Origin: Lama glama
Taxonomy: Eukaryota
DNA: 64,000 nt
Assembly (NCBI GenBank): GCA_028534125.1
Contig: CM052816.1
Span: forward strand, 42,038,001-42,102,000
Reading direction: 5' to 3'
Shown here: piece after piece, positions 13,511 through 27,595 of the stretch
Numbering within the stretch: position 1 is the stretch's first letter
How the letters are laid out: each line of letters opens with the position of its first letter
Notes under the pieces: model-generated
Seen by the model: the letters and a program-made list of their open reading frames with translations, nothing else
Databases searched by the model: none
Told to the model about the DNA's origin: nothing
Position numbers and translations under genes: made by a program

Positions 13511-14914
13511 TAAAAACATTGACAAGGTAGTCCTAATTTTCAATGTATCCGATTGTCTCCATTAATACATTTATGTTCCTCAGACAACATGAGCTGTATC
13601 TTTTGATTTAGTGAAAGAGGACATTGTATTACTCTGAAAAATGAGGACCATAAGATCTGTATGATTAGACTGAAGGAAGGAGATTTCACCTTATGTTGGA
13701 AATTCTAATACCTACAATGTATGAATTTAGTGCAGAGTCAGTATCTTTCTGACATATTGAATGAATGAATACATTTCTTGAGTATCTATGACATCTTAAA
13801 TATTGTGTTAGATCCTTTCATCTAGGTATTAGTTTAATTTGCATAATAATCCAATGTTGATGTGGTTTAATTACAGATTACTATGTGCTCGGTATGCAAT
13901 ATTAACTATTTCTGTCTTACAACAGAGCTGTTAAGGAATTGTGGTTATACCATTATATGGTTTGAAAAACTGTGATTCAGAGAGCTTTATGTAAGCTTTA
14001 TATAACTAGTAAGTAATGAAGATAAAATTAAATTCAAATCTGTGTGCCATCAAAGCTCACTCTGTTATAGAACGTGTCCGCAGCGCAGTGTGTCGTACTG
14101 TCCTTCTGGAGGAAAATGAGAAGTAGATTTTGAATAATTTAACCAGGGATTCATAGCAGATGGCAAAGCCAGTCCAACCCAGATCCTCTGATTTTAGGTA
14201 TAGTGTTCTTTCTGTTGTATCAGAGCTATCTTTCCATCACATCCATGGAGCTGTGCTCTGAAAACCAAATCTCCTCATGAACATCTTCAGACTTTGGAGC
14301 TCTGATTGCATTCTGGATTGCCAGACAGAGCTTAAGGGTGAACATCTCCCGCATCCTCATCCCCCTGACAATGATCAAAAAGTGATCATCTGATTTCTAG
14401 GTTAGATCTCAAAATACTCCAAATGTATTTTATTAACATCTAGTTTTTAAAAAATTATTAAAATGAAGTATAATTTGATTTAACAGACTACACTTTTAAG
14501 CAAAATGCACCATTCCCCAATCATTTACTATATGCTTATCTCAGAGAGAGCTTTAAAAAATGTAATATTTTAGATCATTTATTTCCAATTTCATTTTTTA
14601 CAAGGATATAGAATTTTTAAATTTGTGTTTCAGAGCTACAATTTACATTGCCCAGTTAAGTTTTTCAGTATATCAGCCCTATAAATAAATGATAGCCATC
14701 CCCATTCCAATACAGGAAAATAAAATAAAAATATCTTTATTTGTTCCACATGCAAATCATCTGATTGTCTGCTCTTCATCAAATAAATTCTCCTAGAATT
14801 AGGTTCTTCATGGCCACCAAAGGTACTATCTCTCTGTTGAAGGAGGATGTGACTGACAATGACAATATCATAATAAAATCAAATAACATAAATTTAGCTC
14901 TCCAAAACTATTTG

Positions 14915-15175
14915 CTAATAAGTTCATCTCCAATATCTGTTTCCATCTTCCCATGCCTTCTCTTGCCATCAATTTCCCTATGGCTCCCTCTTACAAAGGC
15001 ACTTGAAATTACGTTTAGAGCCCACCTAGATATTCTAGGATAATCTCCTCATATCAAATTTTAATTTAATCACATTTGCAAATTACCTTTTAATTTATAT
15101 GGTAATACTCACAGGTTCTGAGGATTAGGATGTGTGTATCTGTAGTGAGACGTGTATTATTTAGTCTGACACAGT
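14915..15175 (-). mobile_element. MaLR LTR fragment (MLT1-like)
   Basis: ggataatctcctcatatcaa...ttaatcacatttgcaaa...cacaggttctgaggattagga. Confidence 0.65.
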
Positions 15176-17414
15176 AATATGTCCTGGAAATCATTCTACC
15201 AGTCATTAGATAGGCAGCTTTTTCATTTAATTTTTGTAGCTGCATAGTATTCCTTTGTATTCCCCTTTACCATGGTTTATATAACTAACTTCCTACTGAT
15301 GGATTTTTTTGTTTGCTTTCATAGAGAATGTGGCGACTGATAACGTTATAAATACAATATTTTGGACCTGTGCATATATATAATACATTATATGTAACAT
15401 ATCTAAATGCAACTACATATAATAAATATATATATATGTATATATAATATAAATATCACTTTTAGCACTTAAACATTAAAAGGAAATTTTTGCAAAAACA
15501 CATACACTAATGAGTTGGATTGACTTTTTATAATTAGCTCATGTTTCTGAGGATAAATTGTTTACTCATTAAAATAGATAGCATTCAACATCAATTCCAT
15601 TCTGTCTTTCTATAGTTGTAAACTCTGAGAAAACTTGTTCACACAAATAGGTAAAAATTAAAGGAGTTACAGCAATATCTTCAAATTCTTTAAGCTTTTT
15701 AATCATTCTTAAATCATATAGTTACCTGTCATCAAAAACTAATAACTCACCAATTGACAACTCAATTATGTGCTCTTTTAACTTTCTTTGAAAGCAAATA
15801 GTTGGAAACTACTGAGCAGCAAAATACTTATTATTTGTTGTCCATTCATCAGAATCATTCACTTATTCAAAATCAGAAGGAACAATCTGAAAATCATTTC
15901 TATGTTTTGTCCTTTTGGAGTTCTTACTTCCTAAAATAATGAAAGATGGTAAAATATGGGAAGCAAGAAATAAGAGCTAAGTTGGAGAATAAAAATTTTG
16001 AAGAGAAGTTAGGAAAGGGAGCAAAATTCCACTACATGTTTCTTCTTGGGCAGATTATTTTTGGTTATGTGTGATAAGAAAGTTAAAGATCTGAAAATTG
16101 ATTTCTTTAAAATATTTCTTTTGCATACTCCTTGTCAAATCTTCATGTACCCATATGGTATACATATCCTACCCAATATTGAAGACTACAGCTCTTCACT
16201 ACTTCAGAATGTATTTTCGAACATCAAAGGCTATACTTTAGTACTTCTTAATGGCATACATAAATTTTAGAGGTACTGAATTAGAGCAAAGAATCTCTCT
16301 CTTTAAGAGTAAGGATGGTCTCTTGTACTTAATAAAATTTCAACATAACTCCTGGTGCTTGCCAAATATATATAGATTATAAATGCTTATGGTTTGATGA
16401 AAAGAAATGTATCAAGAGTAAATGCAGTGCATAAAAACCTAATTCAAATTGGGTCAGCTTGCTATTCACCTGTCAGTTGCTTCTAAGGGAGTCAGAGTCT
16501 TGGCCCTAAATAGGAAGGGTGTACCCAGTTCAGCTGCCTTTATATAACTGTAGCAGCGTGGTAAGTGAGACTTTCCCTGCTGTTTTAGATGTCTGGTTGG
16601 AGCTCAAAAGCAGAATACAATGGGTGTTAAGTGCTCACATGTTCTACAGAGGTGCTAGACCATCTATGCAGAACTTGTTCAAATGTGGCCCAAATTGGTT
16701 CTGCAACACTTAACCCATCACCACTTCCAGGCTATATGTAAGAAGAGGTAGTAAATTAATGGGTGAGGACTGATGAATAAGGATTTCCTTGAGGAAAATT
16801 GTGGAGTGCTATGATTTTCCTCTCTCATTTCTTGAAGGGAAGAATGTGCTCCTTTTCAACTCAAGCCACATGAATAGGACTTCAACAAACCAACCAAAGC
16901 TTGAGGATATAGAAACTCATACCTGATTCCTCCTGGCAAACAAATAGATAAAGACTGGCTAATATTAACTTGGAAGAAGGACAAAGAGAAAGGGATCCAT
17001 AGGGGATGGCTCTTATTTCCAGTGTTTGGTGGAAAAGGATATGAGTTTTCCCTTAGATTAAGAGGTTACACATAATGTTGTCAAGCTTGAGCCAGGAAGA
17101 TATGACCCCAGGAACAATAGGCTTTGTGGGACATTATTAAGAAGAGGACATCTGAAGAAAGACTCAGAGGTGGTATAGCGCCACAGTGAAGAGTATTAAC
17201 GTGAATGATATTAGAACTCGAGAGAGAGAGAGCTGGTGTTTAGATATTGACCATCAAGGGGACCACAGACTTTCAGATTTAATTTTCAGATTAAAATGGT
17301 ACCAGTCAATTCAGATTCTTTCCTCATTTTTCAAATCAAATTATTTAGCCTTTTTTTTTATTGAGATATATGACTTCCTTATATATATCTTTTTTTCATG
17401 GAAGATTTACAAAT

Positions 17415-18030
17415 AACTAACAGATACAGATGGTGATCAGCACCAGTCATTAGGAAGTGCAAGCCAAAACCACAATGCAGTATCACCTCATACTTGTTAG
17501 GATAGCTGATGTAAAAAAGACAAGACGTAACAAAATTGGTGAGGATGTAGAGAAAGGGGGACCCTTATACAATGTACAGTGTATATTGATAAATCCATAA
17601 TTCAAAAAGAGTATGGAGCTTCCTCAAAAAAGCTTAAAATAGAAACTACCGTATGATGCAGCAATCCCACTTCTGAATATATATCTGAAGGAAACAAAAT
17701 CAGTATCTCAAAGTTATACATGTACCCCCATGTTCATTGCTAGTAGTATTCACAGTACCCACATGGAAACCATCTAAGTGTCCATCAACAGTTAATGAAT
17801 AAAAAAATATTTTTTTCTTTAATTTGTTTGAATATATATAATGAAATATTATTCAGACAGAAAAAGAAGGAAATCTTGCCATTCGAGACAACATGAATGA
17901 AACTAAAAGGCATCATGCTAAGTAAAACAAGCCAGACAAAAACAAATACTATATGGTATTATTTATATGTAGAATCTGGGGGAAAAAAAACAACTAAACT
18001 TATAAAAACAATAGAATCGTGGTTACTGAG
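17415..18030 (+). mobile_element. Old L1 (L1MA/MB-like) ORF2 end / 3'UTR
   Basis: gcagcaatcccacttctgaatatatatc, catgttcattgc, aaggaaatcttgccatt, catcatgctaagtaaaacaagccagaca. Confidence 0.88.
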
Positions 18031-21000
18031 GCCTGTTGCCAATATTTTCCTCCACTGCAATATACTGTTAGTAAATGTCAGTAGTTAAAAATATAAAATA
18101 GACTTGTCTCATGAGAAGAACAAACATATTTTCTTCTAGTAAAGTCCTCTCAAATATTAGTGTTGAATGGATTCTTTTTCTCCTTGATACCATAGTTTTA
18201 TTTTCTTTTCTTCAGATCTTCAAGGAGAAAGGAGATAAAGCTGCTGATTTTCAGGGATATTTTCAGCTTCGAATTTCAGAGATACAAATGACAAGACAGA
18301 CGTGGATAATCTACTAGAAGATGCTACTGAGGTAGGAGACCCAGACTAGGGAGAAAATGGAAGGAGCAGCTTAGATAGGGGGAGTGGTGACCATGCATGA
18401 AGAGGGAGTTATTTCTCAGCTTTCTCTGTGATCAGTGCAGATATACCTAAATGCTCCAGGTATTTGTTCCAGTTGATACTGGTTGGGCATAGAAAATCCT
18501 TTGTATTAACAGGACAGTGGCATGTACTGTCAAAACATGGATTTTATGAGGACTCTAGAGAGATGTAACCAGGTATGTTGGTTAGAAGCCAAATACTGCC
18601 TCTATTTATCATCTTCTTTATCCTTCTCTTCCTTAAGAATAAACTTTTTTCAAGTTAATAACTTAGTAATTGTATCTATTTTGTGCAAGGCACTCTACCA
18701 AGAGTTTATATATAATTTTATTCCAGAGTCACCACAGCTTTAAAGAGTTAGGTGTTATTATTTCTGTTTTTCAGGTGAGTCTCAGAGAGGTAAAAGAACT
18801 TGAGTAGAAAGTTGCAGAATTAAGAATCGGACTCAAATGCTAGGCACCAAAAAGCATGTTTTTAGCCCCAAATACTAGATCACCTGATCTGTTGGGTTTA
18901 AGTGCGTGGAGAATTAATATCCCTCTAATAACAAGTAGAAGCAGTTGAGGAGGACTGTTGTTATTTTCTTCTAGGTATGTCCTTGCTTTATTAAAAGGCA
19001 TCCAATTATCTGAGCTGCCTAGTCTTAAAATCCAGGTGGCTAAGTTAATTCAAGTAACATGTAGCAAAGAAAGATAGAATGTTATAAAATCGCTTGCTTA
19101 GCATGAACAAGACTCTTTATAAAAGCAGAAGTATTTACACATCTATTATCAATTCCTTAACATTTTCTAGAAAATAAAATAAAAGACACTATAAATTAAA
19201 ATTGAAAGGGATGTTAAACTGCTGATGAATTTCTAATGTCAATTTATTATAGATTTTTAAATTAAAATTAGTACTTCTAAAATATTGCTGTTTTTAAGGA
19301 CTACAGATAATTGTGTATAGCTTGTGTTTCTTTTAAAATGAAAATTGGACATTATTTCAAACAATTATTAAAGAACATAAACATGACAATGAGAGATAAC
19401 TGGGGATCACATAAAGCCAGATATTTTGTATTTTCAAATAATACTAATTTTTAGGGCCAGTGACTATATAGAAATAAATTAATGAATGCCCCTTCTGAAT
19501 TCAATTGCATAATCTTTATGGGCCAGAGATGTCTATTCAATTGAGATTCTGAGATGTGATATGGTTGGTGGAGAGATGAACAGTGCTTACTTAACATGAT
19601 GCTAATGATTCATCAGATTGTTCACACTTCACTCATTGTTCATGGGGTCTTCCAGATTCAGGCCAGGATGGCATGTACTACTGATATGTGAAATATAAAG
19701 CCAAGTGTAGATTTTAAAAGCAGTGTTAGTGATGTTGTTTTTCTCCTATTACAAACTTCTCTTTTTGAAATTGTGTTTTTAAAAATTTGCATTTCAACTT
19801 GCACATTTTCAGATTTGCAGTTACAACATCTACAAATCCTTCAAGAAAGTTCATAATGTTTGTATATTTTCACCTAGGAAATCTACAAAAAACTAAACAG
19901 TTTCATGTGAGCATAAATAGGGAAAAATACATCTGACTATTTTCTTTTTTTTTCTCTGATGCTTCCCTTGGAAATATGTTGGAAAGAAAACTATCCCTGT
20001 GGTGCAAGGTTTATTCCTAGGTTCTGTTTTTTTGCTCATATATGCGATGAAGTGATAACATTTATAGAGGCCTGATTTTTAATTTGTAGCCCTGATTTTC
20101 TTCAATCAATGTTTCTACTTCGTATCAATATATTGATACGATGGATCTCAGTCTTGTATTTTAAAGCCTGATACTCTTCCAAGATTCCGCACTATATAAC
20201 TCCCCTTCTAAGCATCACTGAACTCTAGAATTTTAGAATTTAGGTGATGTTTGAAAGGTTAACATCGTTACCAAGGCAAACAACCAAATAAGTATCATAC
20301 TGTAGAGGGTAGGGGAAGCTATTGGGACTAGAATTTCCAAGGTCTTTTTACCACATGCAGCAGGAAAATCTGAGTGGGAAAGAGGTAATTAGTATAGTAG
20401 TATATTCTATGGCTGGTATGGAGAGTGTTTGCCAAAAGTAAAATACCCTTCAGTTTAATAATGGTATTACAAGAATCTATTTGTATGTGTCTATTTAAAG
20501 TTTTGGTCCATTTTCAATAAAAATGAAAACATTGTTTATTCTCATAATATGTGGGTTAAGTTTACATTATTTCATTTACTGTGTCTTGAGAGGGCATTAA
20601 GATACTTCATTTCAAGCATTTATCACTATTTTGAACATTATAAGTGTATGTATGTGTCTGTGTGTATATCAGCTACAAAATGGTTAATACGTAAGGTGTG
20701 TGTGAACACGTGCATGTATAAAGATCTTTTATTGGCTCTTCCTGGCCTCATACCATAGGCAACAGAAACTGGACCTTAAGTTTGGACCTCTCAAACTAGG
20801 TTATATCACTTATTGTTTCCATTTTCCCAGATGATTTGCAACCTAAATAGATCTAACGCTGAAAGAAAAAAAATTAATCAGGACAAACAAAGTTAAGGCA
20901 GTGTTTATAGAGTCAGCTATAGTTCCAACATGACATGAATCAAATTTGTCCAAATATCTTGAAATACTATATTTTGATGGTGTGGGGGGTATTATCTCAT

Positions 21001-22669
21001 ATCTTCCCGACTATTTATTGTAAACCTGTAATAAGTTCAGATGAAGCAAAAAAGATAAATATTTCTCATCATATCTTAGGCCAGAAGTAAGAACATAATT
21101 GATTAAATACATAATAAATCATCCATTGGCAAGTTAAATTCTAACTACTTTTGTACCCTGTACTTTATTCCAACATCTTTGCAATATGTATCTTATATGG
21201 TGGGAACATTCTATTAATGAGACATGCATCTAGTTGTTGGCTAGTCGTTACAAATAATTTTTTTGACACAGATGAATCTTCTTTCTTTCCTTCATTCCTC
21301 CCTCCCTCCATCCTTTTCTCTCTCTCTCTCTCTCCTTCTTCCTTTCTTTCTGCTTAAATGAATAAGTCTCCTAAATTTATGTGTGTGTGTGATATTTTTG
21401 CTTGTTTATAACTCCCTCTTTTGTATACATTCTTGAATTTTCTAAGGAAAATATATTTGCTTCATACCTAACGAAGTGCATCAATTTTAAATATAATTGA
21501 GTATTTGTTAAGCAATTTTGTAATTTGTGCATATTAGAAGACATTGCTTACATCTTTCAAACTGAAGATTGTGGAAAGCTATGGTTTATGAAACTCTTAT
21601 CACTGATACCATCTGGATAATGCTTAGAAGTATAAGAAGTCTGAGCACATACATCAGTTAAGTCTGTTTTCTCCTTCCAGGAGGTTATAATGAAACTCCA
21701 TGTGGAAATGAGTCTATATAAGGAAAGAACATTGTTCAAATCTAAAGGGGGACAACAGAAGGCAAGTGAAGTAAGCAGGAGTTTTATGGGATATGAGATG
21801 AAGAACAGCTAATAAAATTATGCCTGCATTACTCTGCATGACACGGGGGTCAAGGAAGTTGAATGTTAAATTACCAAAGGAAATATTTCAAAGAAAATTG
21901 CAGACTTAAATGAATTCAGCCCTTCTCATAATTTAAAGCCAGAAATTTGGTGTTTTAAACTCAGAACTGATGACTCTACTTGGGAAAGTCAGTTTTTAGA
22001 CAGGGTAAGACAGCTATCTGGGTCTCTGAGCTTGAATTAAAAGTCCTTTGGGGAACAATTTAAAGGAGAGTCTGAGAAAATGAGGAGATAATAATTTAAT
22101 CTGCTGTTTCTACAAGCTTCAACATCAACTAGTTGCATTTTTATCTCATACCAGATTAGTCCTTAGAATAAAGCTGCAGTCTCCATCTTCCTGTGCCATA
22201 GAACAAAATCTTACAAGCTCTTGGGAATTGTGTGGTTAGAAGAACTATTCTTAGGGTGATTTTTTAAAGGTCTCTGAAATGATATCTGCATTCTGTCCCT
22301 TCTTTCTGAGGTAAAAAGAACCACAATCTCCTTTTTTCTCCCTCTGATACACATTGTCTTTACATCCAAAATGGATATCCATAGTCAAAAAATATAATAA
22401 CCTCTCCAAAAATAAGTGAGCCAGTCATCTTCACATTAACCAGTGATTCATAACTTTTTTTTAATTACTGAGAATCTCTTCTATTACTTACTCCCCACTT
22501 CATGAACTTTGAAACTTGAAAAAATAAACAAAAAAAGATCTATATAGAGAATTTACTTAAAATGAGTAAGAGCTCTGTTCCCATTATTTTCTCCATTATA
22601 TAGAGTCAGTCAAAGATTCTGATAATCATAAATAGAGTCAAGGGTAAAAGAAACTCAAGAGATGGTATA

Positions 22670-22862
22670 GCAGCCCTGTGAAGAGTATGAAAACTGAAAA
22701 CTAGTTTTCTATCCTGGTTCTGTAACTTACTAGCCATGTAACTGTAGACTGTTTAACATTTCTATGCCTGTCTTCCTCATCTGTGATAGCTGGGGAAACA
22801 ACGTTACCCACATAATGTCACTGTAGGGATTAACTGTGTTATATGTATAAAGCACTTAGTAT
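22670..22862 (+). mobile_element. MIR SINE
   Basis: cctggttctgtaacttactagccatgt...tgcctgtcttcctcatctgt...gtataaagcacttag. Confidence 0.7.
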
Positions 22863-23957
22863 CACTATGAAAGAGCTTGCTGCTCTTGATATTTTAATTA
22901 GCCTATGCAGACTTTGGACAGGTAGGTGTATGATTCCTATAAAGTTTTATTTTCCATAATTATTACATGTTTTTGAAAAATAAAAAGATTTGGGAGGGGT
23001 GGTATAAGAGTTGTCAATCAGAAATCACTATAATAGTATCTGCATCCCTGGAGGGGAGGTACTATAATTGCATTCATTTTCATATCCTTATGCTATGTAA
23101 CATGGGCTTTTGTACATAGACAGTAAATCTGTCGATAAATTTATATTTTCATGATATTTTGAGGCAAATATTAAGTACATACATGATTTCTAAAATATTC
23201 CTGATGAAATTTGGTTATAAATCTTTATAATATACACTGTTCTAATTATTTAACTTTTATCATTTGAACTGGTTGTATTGTAGCAACTTGCATAACTTAT
23301 AGTTAACAGTGGTATGCCAAATTCCCGAACAGTGACAGCAGGAAGAATGGGCCCAAACTAGAACTTGAGCAAAATATTTCTTTAATTAAACAATAGAGAA
23401 GTAGTTAAGAGCAGAAACTAGGGGAAACTAGGAAAAATAAAGGGCACGGAATAAGCTAAGCTTAAACTGCGAGAATACAAATTCATATTGATTTATTTTT
23501 GTATGTTTGTAAAGCCCTCTGTAATAAGTGTAATGTAAATGAAAGTGTTCCTTACTTTGATTTTTACTAGTAATATTTTCATGATCCCTGTCCCTAACCA
23601 AGCTACATCTGAGAAAAAGAATCATGAAGACAGGTTTCCAGATTTTAACTGCATTGGCTAAATATTTTCTTTCCCAAGGCTAAGAATAGCAGCACTATGA
23701 GGTTGAAATCTAATAGCATTCAGTGCACTGAGCCTATTATTGGTCATAATCAAGCATTCAGGCTTGTGACAAAGGTTGGTAAAGGTCATTCAGCTGGAAT
23801 AGATAGCATTGTGTACCATTGGATCATGGCATGTTATCTAAGGACACATCAACCAGAACTGATTATGTCAAAGCAGAATTCTCTAAGTGAGAGCCTTGGA
23901 GTCAGCACTTCCTAAAAAATAAACAGCTCAGAATGTGCCTGTGTAAGGACTTAAGTC

Positions 23958-23962
<5 letters not shown>

Positions 23963-24022
<60 letters not shown>
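23963..24022 (-). repeat. Uninterrupted T60 tract, probable poly(A) tail of a minus-strand retro-insertion
   Basis: 60 consecutive T. On the minus strand the tail is preceded by ATTAAAAAC. It abuts the gap. Confidence 0.75.
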
Positions 24023-24023
<1 letters not shown>

Positions 24024-24033
24024 TTTTTAATTT

Positions 24034-24533
24034 NNNNNNNNNNNNNNNNNNNNNNNNNNNNNNNNNNNNNNNNNNNNNNNNNNNNNNNNNNNNNNNNNNN
24101 NNNNNNNNNNNNNNNNNNNNNNNNNNNNNNNNNNNNNNNNNNNNNNNNNNNNNNNNNNNNNNNNNNNNNNNNNNNNNNNNNNNNNNNNNNNNNNNNNNNN
24201 NNNNNNNNNNNNNNNNNNNNNNNNNNNNNNNNNNNNNNNNNNNNNNNNNNNNNNNNNNNNNNNNNNNNNNNNNNNNNNNNNNNNNNNNNNNNNNNNNNNN
24301 NNNNNNNNNNNNNNNNNNNNNNNNNNNNNNNNNNNNNNNNNNNNNNNNNNNNNNNNNNNNNNNNNNNNNNNNNNNNNNNNNNNNNNNNNNNNNNNNNNNN
24401 NNNNNNNNNNNNNNNNNNNNNNNNNNNNNNNNNNNNNNNNNNNNNNNNNNNNNNNNNNNNNNNNNNNNNNNNNNNNNNNNNNNNNNNNNNNNNNNNNNNN
24501 NNNNNNNNNNNNNNNNNNNNNNNNNNNNNNNNN
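24034..24533. other. Assembly gap (500 N)
   Basis: Exactly 500 N, a round number typical of a scaffolding placeholder of unknown true size. Confidence 0.99.
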
Positions 24534-27420
24534 AAAAAAAAATGTAAGATAATACTATGAACAACTATGGCAACAAATTGGACAACCTGGAAGAAATGGG
24601 TAAGTTTCTAGAAACATACAGTCCACCAAAACTGAATCAAGAAGAAATAGATAATTTGAACAGGCCAATCCCTAGAAGTGAAATAGAATCAGCAACAACA
24701 ACAAAAAAAAGCCCTTGCAAACAAAAGTCCAGAACCAGATGGCTTCACTGGGGAATTCTACCAAAGATACAAAGAACCCATATCAATCCTTCTCAAACTC
24801 TTCCAGAAGATTGAAGAGGGGGAAATACTCTCAAACTCATTCTATGAAGCCACCATCACCCTGATACAAAAGCCAGACAGAGACACTACCAAAAAAGAAA
24901 ATTATAGGCCAATATCATTGATGAGTATAGACGCAAAAATTATCAACAAAATATTAGCAAACAGAATCCAACAACACATTAAAAATATCATACATGAAGA
25001 CCAAATTGGATTAATCCTAGGGACACAAGGATAATTCGCCATACACAAATCAATGTGATATACTACATCAACAAAACAAAGAACAAAAATCACACAATCA
25101 TCTCAATAGATAAAAAACATTTGATAAAATTCAACACCCATTTATGTTAAAAACTCTTACCAAAGTGGATATAAAGGAAACATATCTCAACATAGTAAAA
25201 GCTATTTATAACAAAACCAGAGCCAATATAAAACTCAATGGTGAAAAGCTGAATGCTTTCCAGCTAAAATCTGGAATAAGACAAGGATGCCCACTCTCAC
25301 AACTTCTATTCAACATAGTATTGGAAGTCCTAGCCATAGCAATCAGACAAGAAAAAGAAATAAAATGGATCCAAATTGGAAAAGAAGTAAAAAGTAAAAT
25401 TTTCACTGTATATGGATGACACAATACTATATATAGAAAACACTAAAGGCTCCATACAGAAACTACTAGAGCTGAGAAAAGAATTCAATAAGGTAGCAGG
25501 ATACAAGATTAACATACAGAAATAAGTTGTATTTCTTTACATTAACAATTAAATATCAGAAAAGGAAAGTACACAAACACTCCCTTTTAAAATCGCATCC
25601 AAAACAGTAAAATACTTAGAGAACTACAAAACATTGATTAAGTAAATTAAAGATGACTTAAAGAAATGGAAAGGTATCCCATGCTCTTGGATTGGAAGAA
25701 TTAATATTATTAAAATGGCCATACTACCCAAAGCAAACTACAGATTTAATGTGATCTCTATCAAATTACCCAGGACATTTTTCACAGAACTAGAACAAAT
25801 AATCCTAAAATTTATACAGAATCACAAAAGACCCAGAATTGCTAAAGCAATACTGAAGGAAGAGAATGAAGTTGGAAGAATAACCCAGACAATACTACAG
25901 AGCTAAAGTAATCAAAACAGCATGGTATTGGCATAAAAACAGACATATGGATCAATGGAACAGAACAAAGAGCCCAGAAATAAACCCACAGACTTTTGGT
26001 CAATTAATCTTTGACAAAGGAGGCAGGAACATACAGTGGAGAAAAGAAAGTCTCTTCAGCAAGTGGTGCTGGGAAAACTGGACAGTCACATGTAAATCAA
26101 TAAAGTTAGAACACTCCTTCACACCATACACAAAAATAAACTCAAAATGGCTTAAAGATTTAAACATAAGACAAGACATGATAAACCTCCTAGAAGAAAA
26201 CATAGGCAGAACACTGACATAAATCTTAGCAATGTTCTCCTAGGGCAGTCTATCCAGGCAATAGAAATAAAAGCAAAAATAAACAAATGAGACCTAATTA
26301 AACATAAGCTTTTGCACAGCAAAGGAAACCATAAGCAAAACAAAATGACAACCTATGGAATGGGAGAAAATATTTGCAAGTGATGAGACTGACAGGGGCT
26401 TAATTTCCAGAATTTATAAACAGCTCATACAACTTAATAAGAAAAAAAAAACCCAATCCAAAAAGGGGCAGGAGATTTAAACAAGCAATTCTCCAATGAA
26501 GACATACAAATGGCAAATAGGCATATAAAAAATTGCTCAATATCACTAATTATCAGAGAAATGCAAATCAAAACTACACTGAGGTATCATCTCTTGCCAG
26601 TAAGAATGGCCGTCATTAAAAAGTCCACAAATGATAAATGCTGGAGAGTGTGTGGAGAAAAGGGAACCTTCCCACACTGTTGGTGGGAATGTAGTTTGGT
26701 GCAGCTATTATGGAAAACAGTATGGGGATTCCTCAAAAAACTAAAAATAGAGTTACCATATGATCCAGCAATTCCACTTCTGGGCATATATCCAGAAGGA
26801 ACCCTAATTCAAAAAGACACATGCACCCCAATGTTCACAGCAGCACTACTAATAATAGCCAAGACATGGAAACAACCAAAATGTCCATCGACAGATGACT
26901 AGATAAAGAAGCTGTGGTATATTTATATAATGGAATACTACTCAGCCATAAAAGGAATAAAATAATGTCATTTGCAGTAACATGGATGGACCTGGAAATC
27001 ATCATTCTAATTGAAGTAAGCCAGAAAGAGAAAGAAAGATACCATATGATATCATTCATATGTAGAATCTAAAAAAAAAAAATAAAGACACAAATGAACT
27101 TATTTATAAAATAGAAACCAACTCACAGGCATAGAAAACAAACTTACGGTTACCAGGAGGGAAGAGGGTGGGAAGGGATAAATTGGGAGTTTGAGATTTG
27201 CAGATACTAACTACTATATGTAAGATAGATAAACAACAAGTTTCTGCTGTATAGCACAGGGAACTATATTCAATATCTTGTAGTAACCTATAATGAAAAA
27301 GAGTATGAAAAGGAATATGTGGGTATAAGTATGACTGAAACATTATGCTGCACACCTGAAACTGACACAACATTGTAAACTGACTACATTTCAATAAAAT
27401 AAAAACAAAAAATAAAATAA
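24534..27420 (+). mobile_element. LINE-1, degraded ORF2 (RT and C-terminal domains) plus 3'UTR and A-rich tail; 5' end lost in the gap
   Basis: ORF2p peptides [87 protein letters not shown] in shifting frames with stops. AATAAA and A-rich tail at about 27393-27420. Confidence 0.97.
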
Positions 27421-27552
27421 TAGCTGTGGACAGTTGTCCAGAATAAGGCTAGTGTGAGGTTAAACGTGCTTTAGTGGAACTTCTGAGGAATAATAGGAAA
27501 AATGCAAGCTAAATTTAAAGATTTAACCAGTCCAATATGCAAACACAAATTT

Positions 27553-27556
<4 letters not shown>

Positions 27557-27592
<36 letters not shown>
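27557..27592. repeat. (CA)18 microsatellite
   Basis: Direct count. Confidence 0.97.

Positions 27593-27595
<3 letters not shown>

Noticed and set aside
23902..24564. Long ORFs of 179-220 aa
   Set aside because: Artefacts of the poly-T tract and the 500-N gap.
24557..26902. L1 ORF2 pieces as functional genes
   Set aside because: Multiple stops, frameshifts and an internal deletion near 25620; this is a dead copy.
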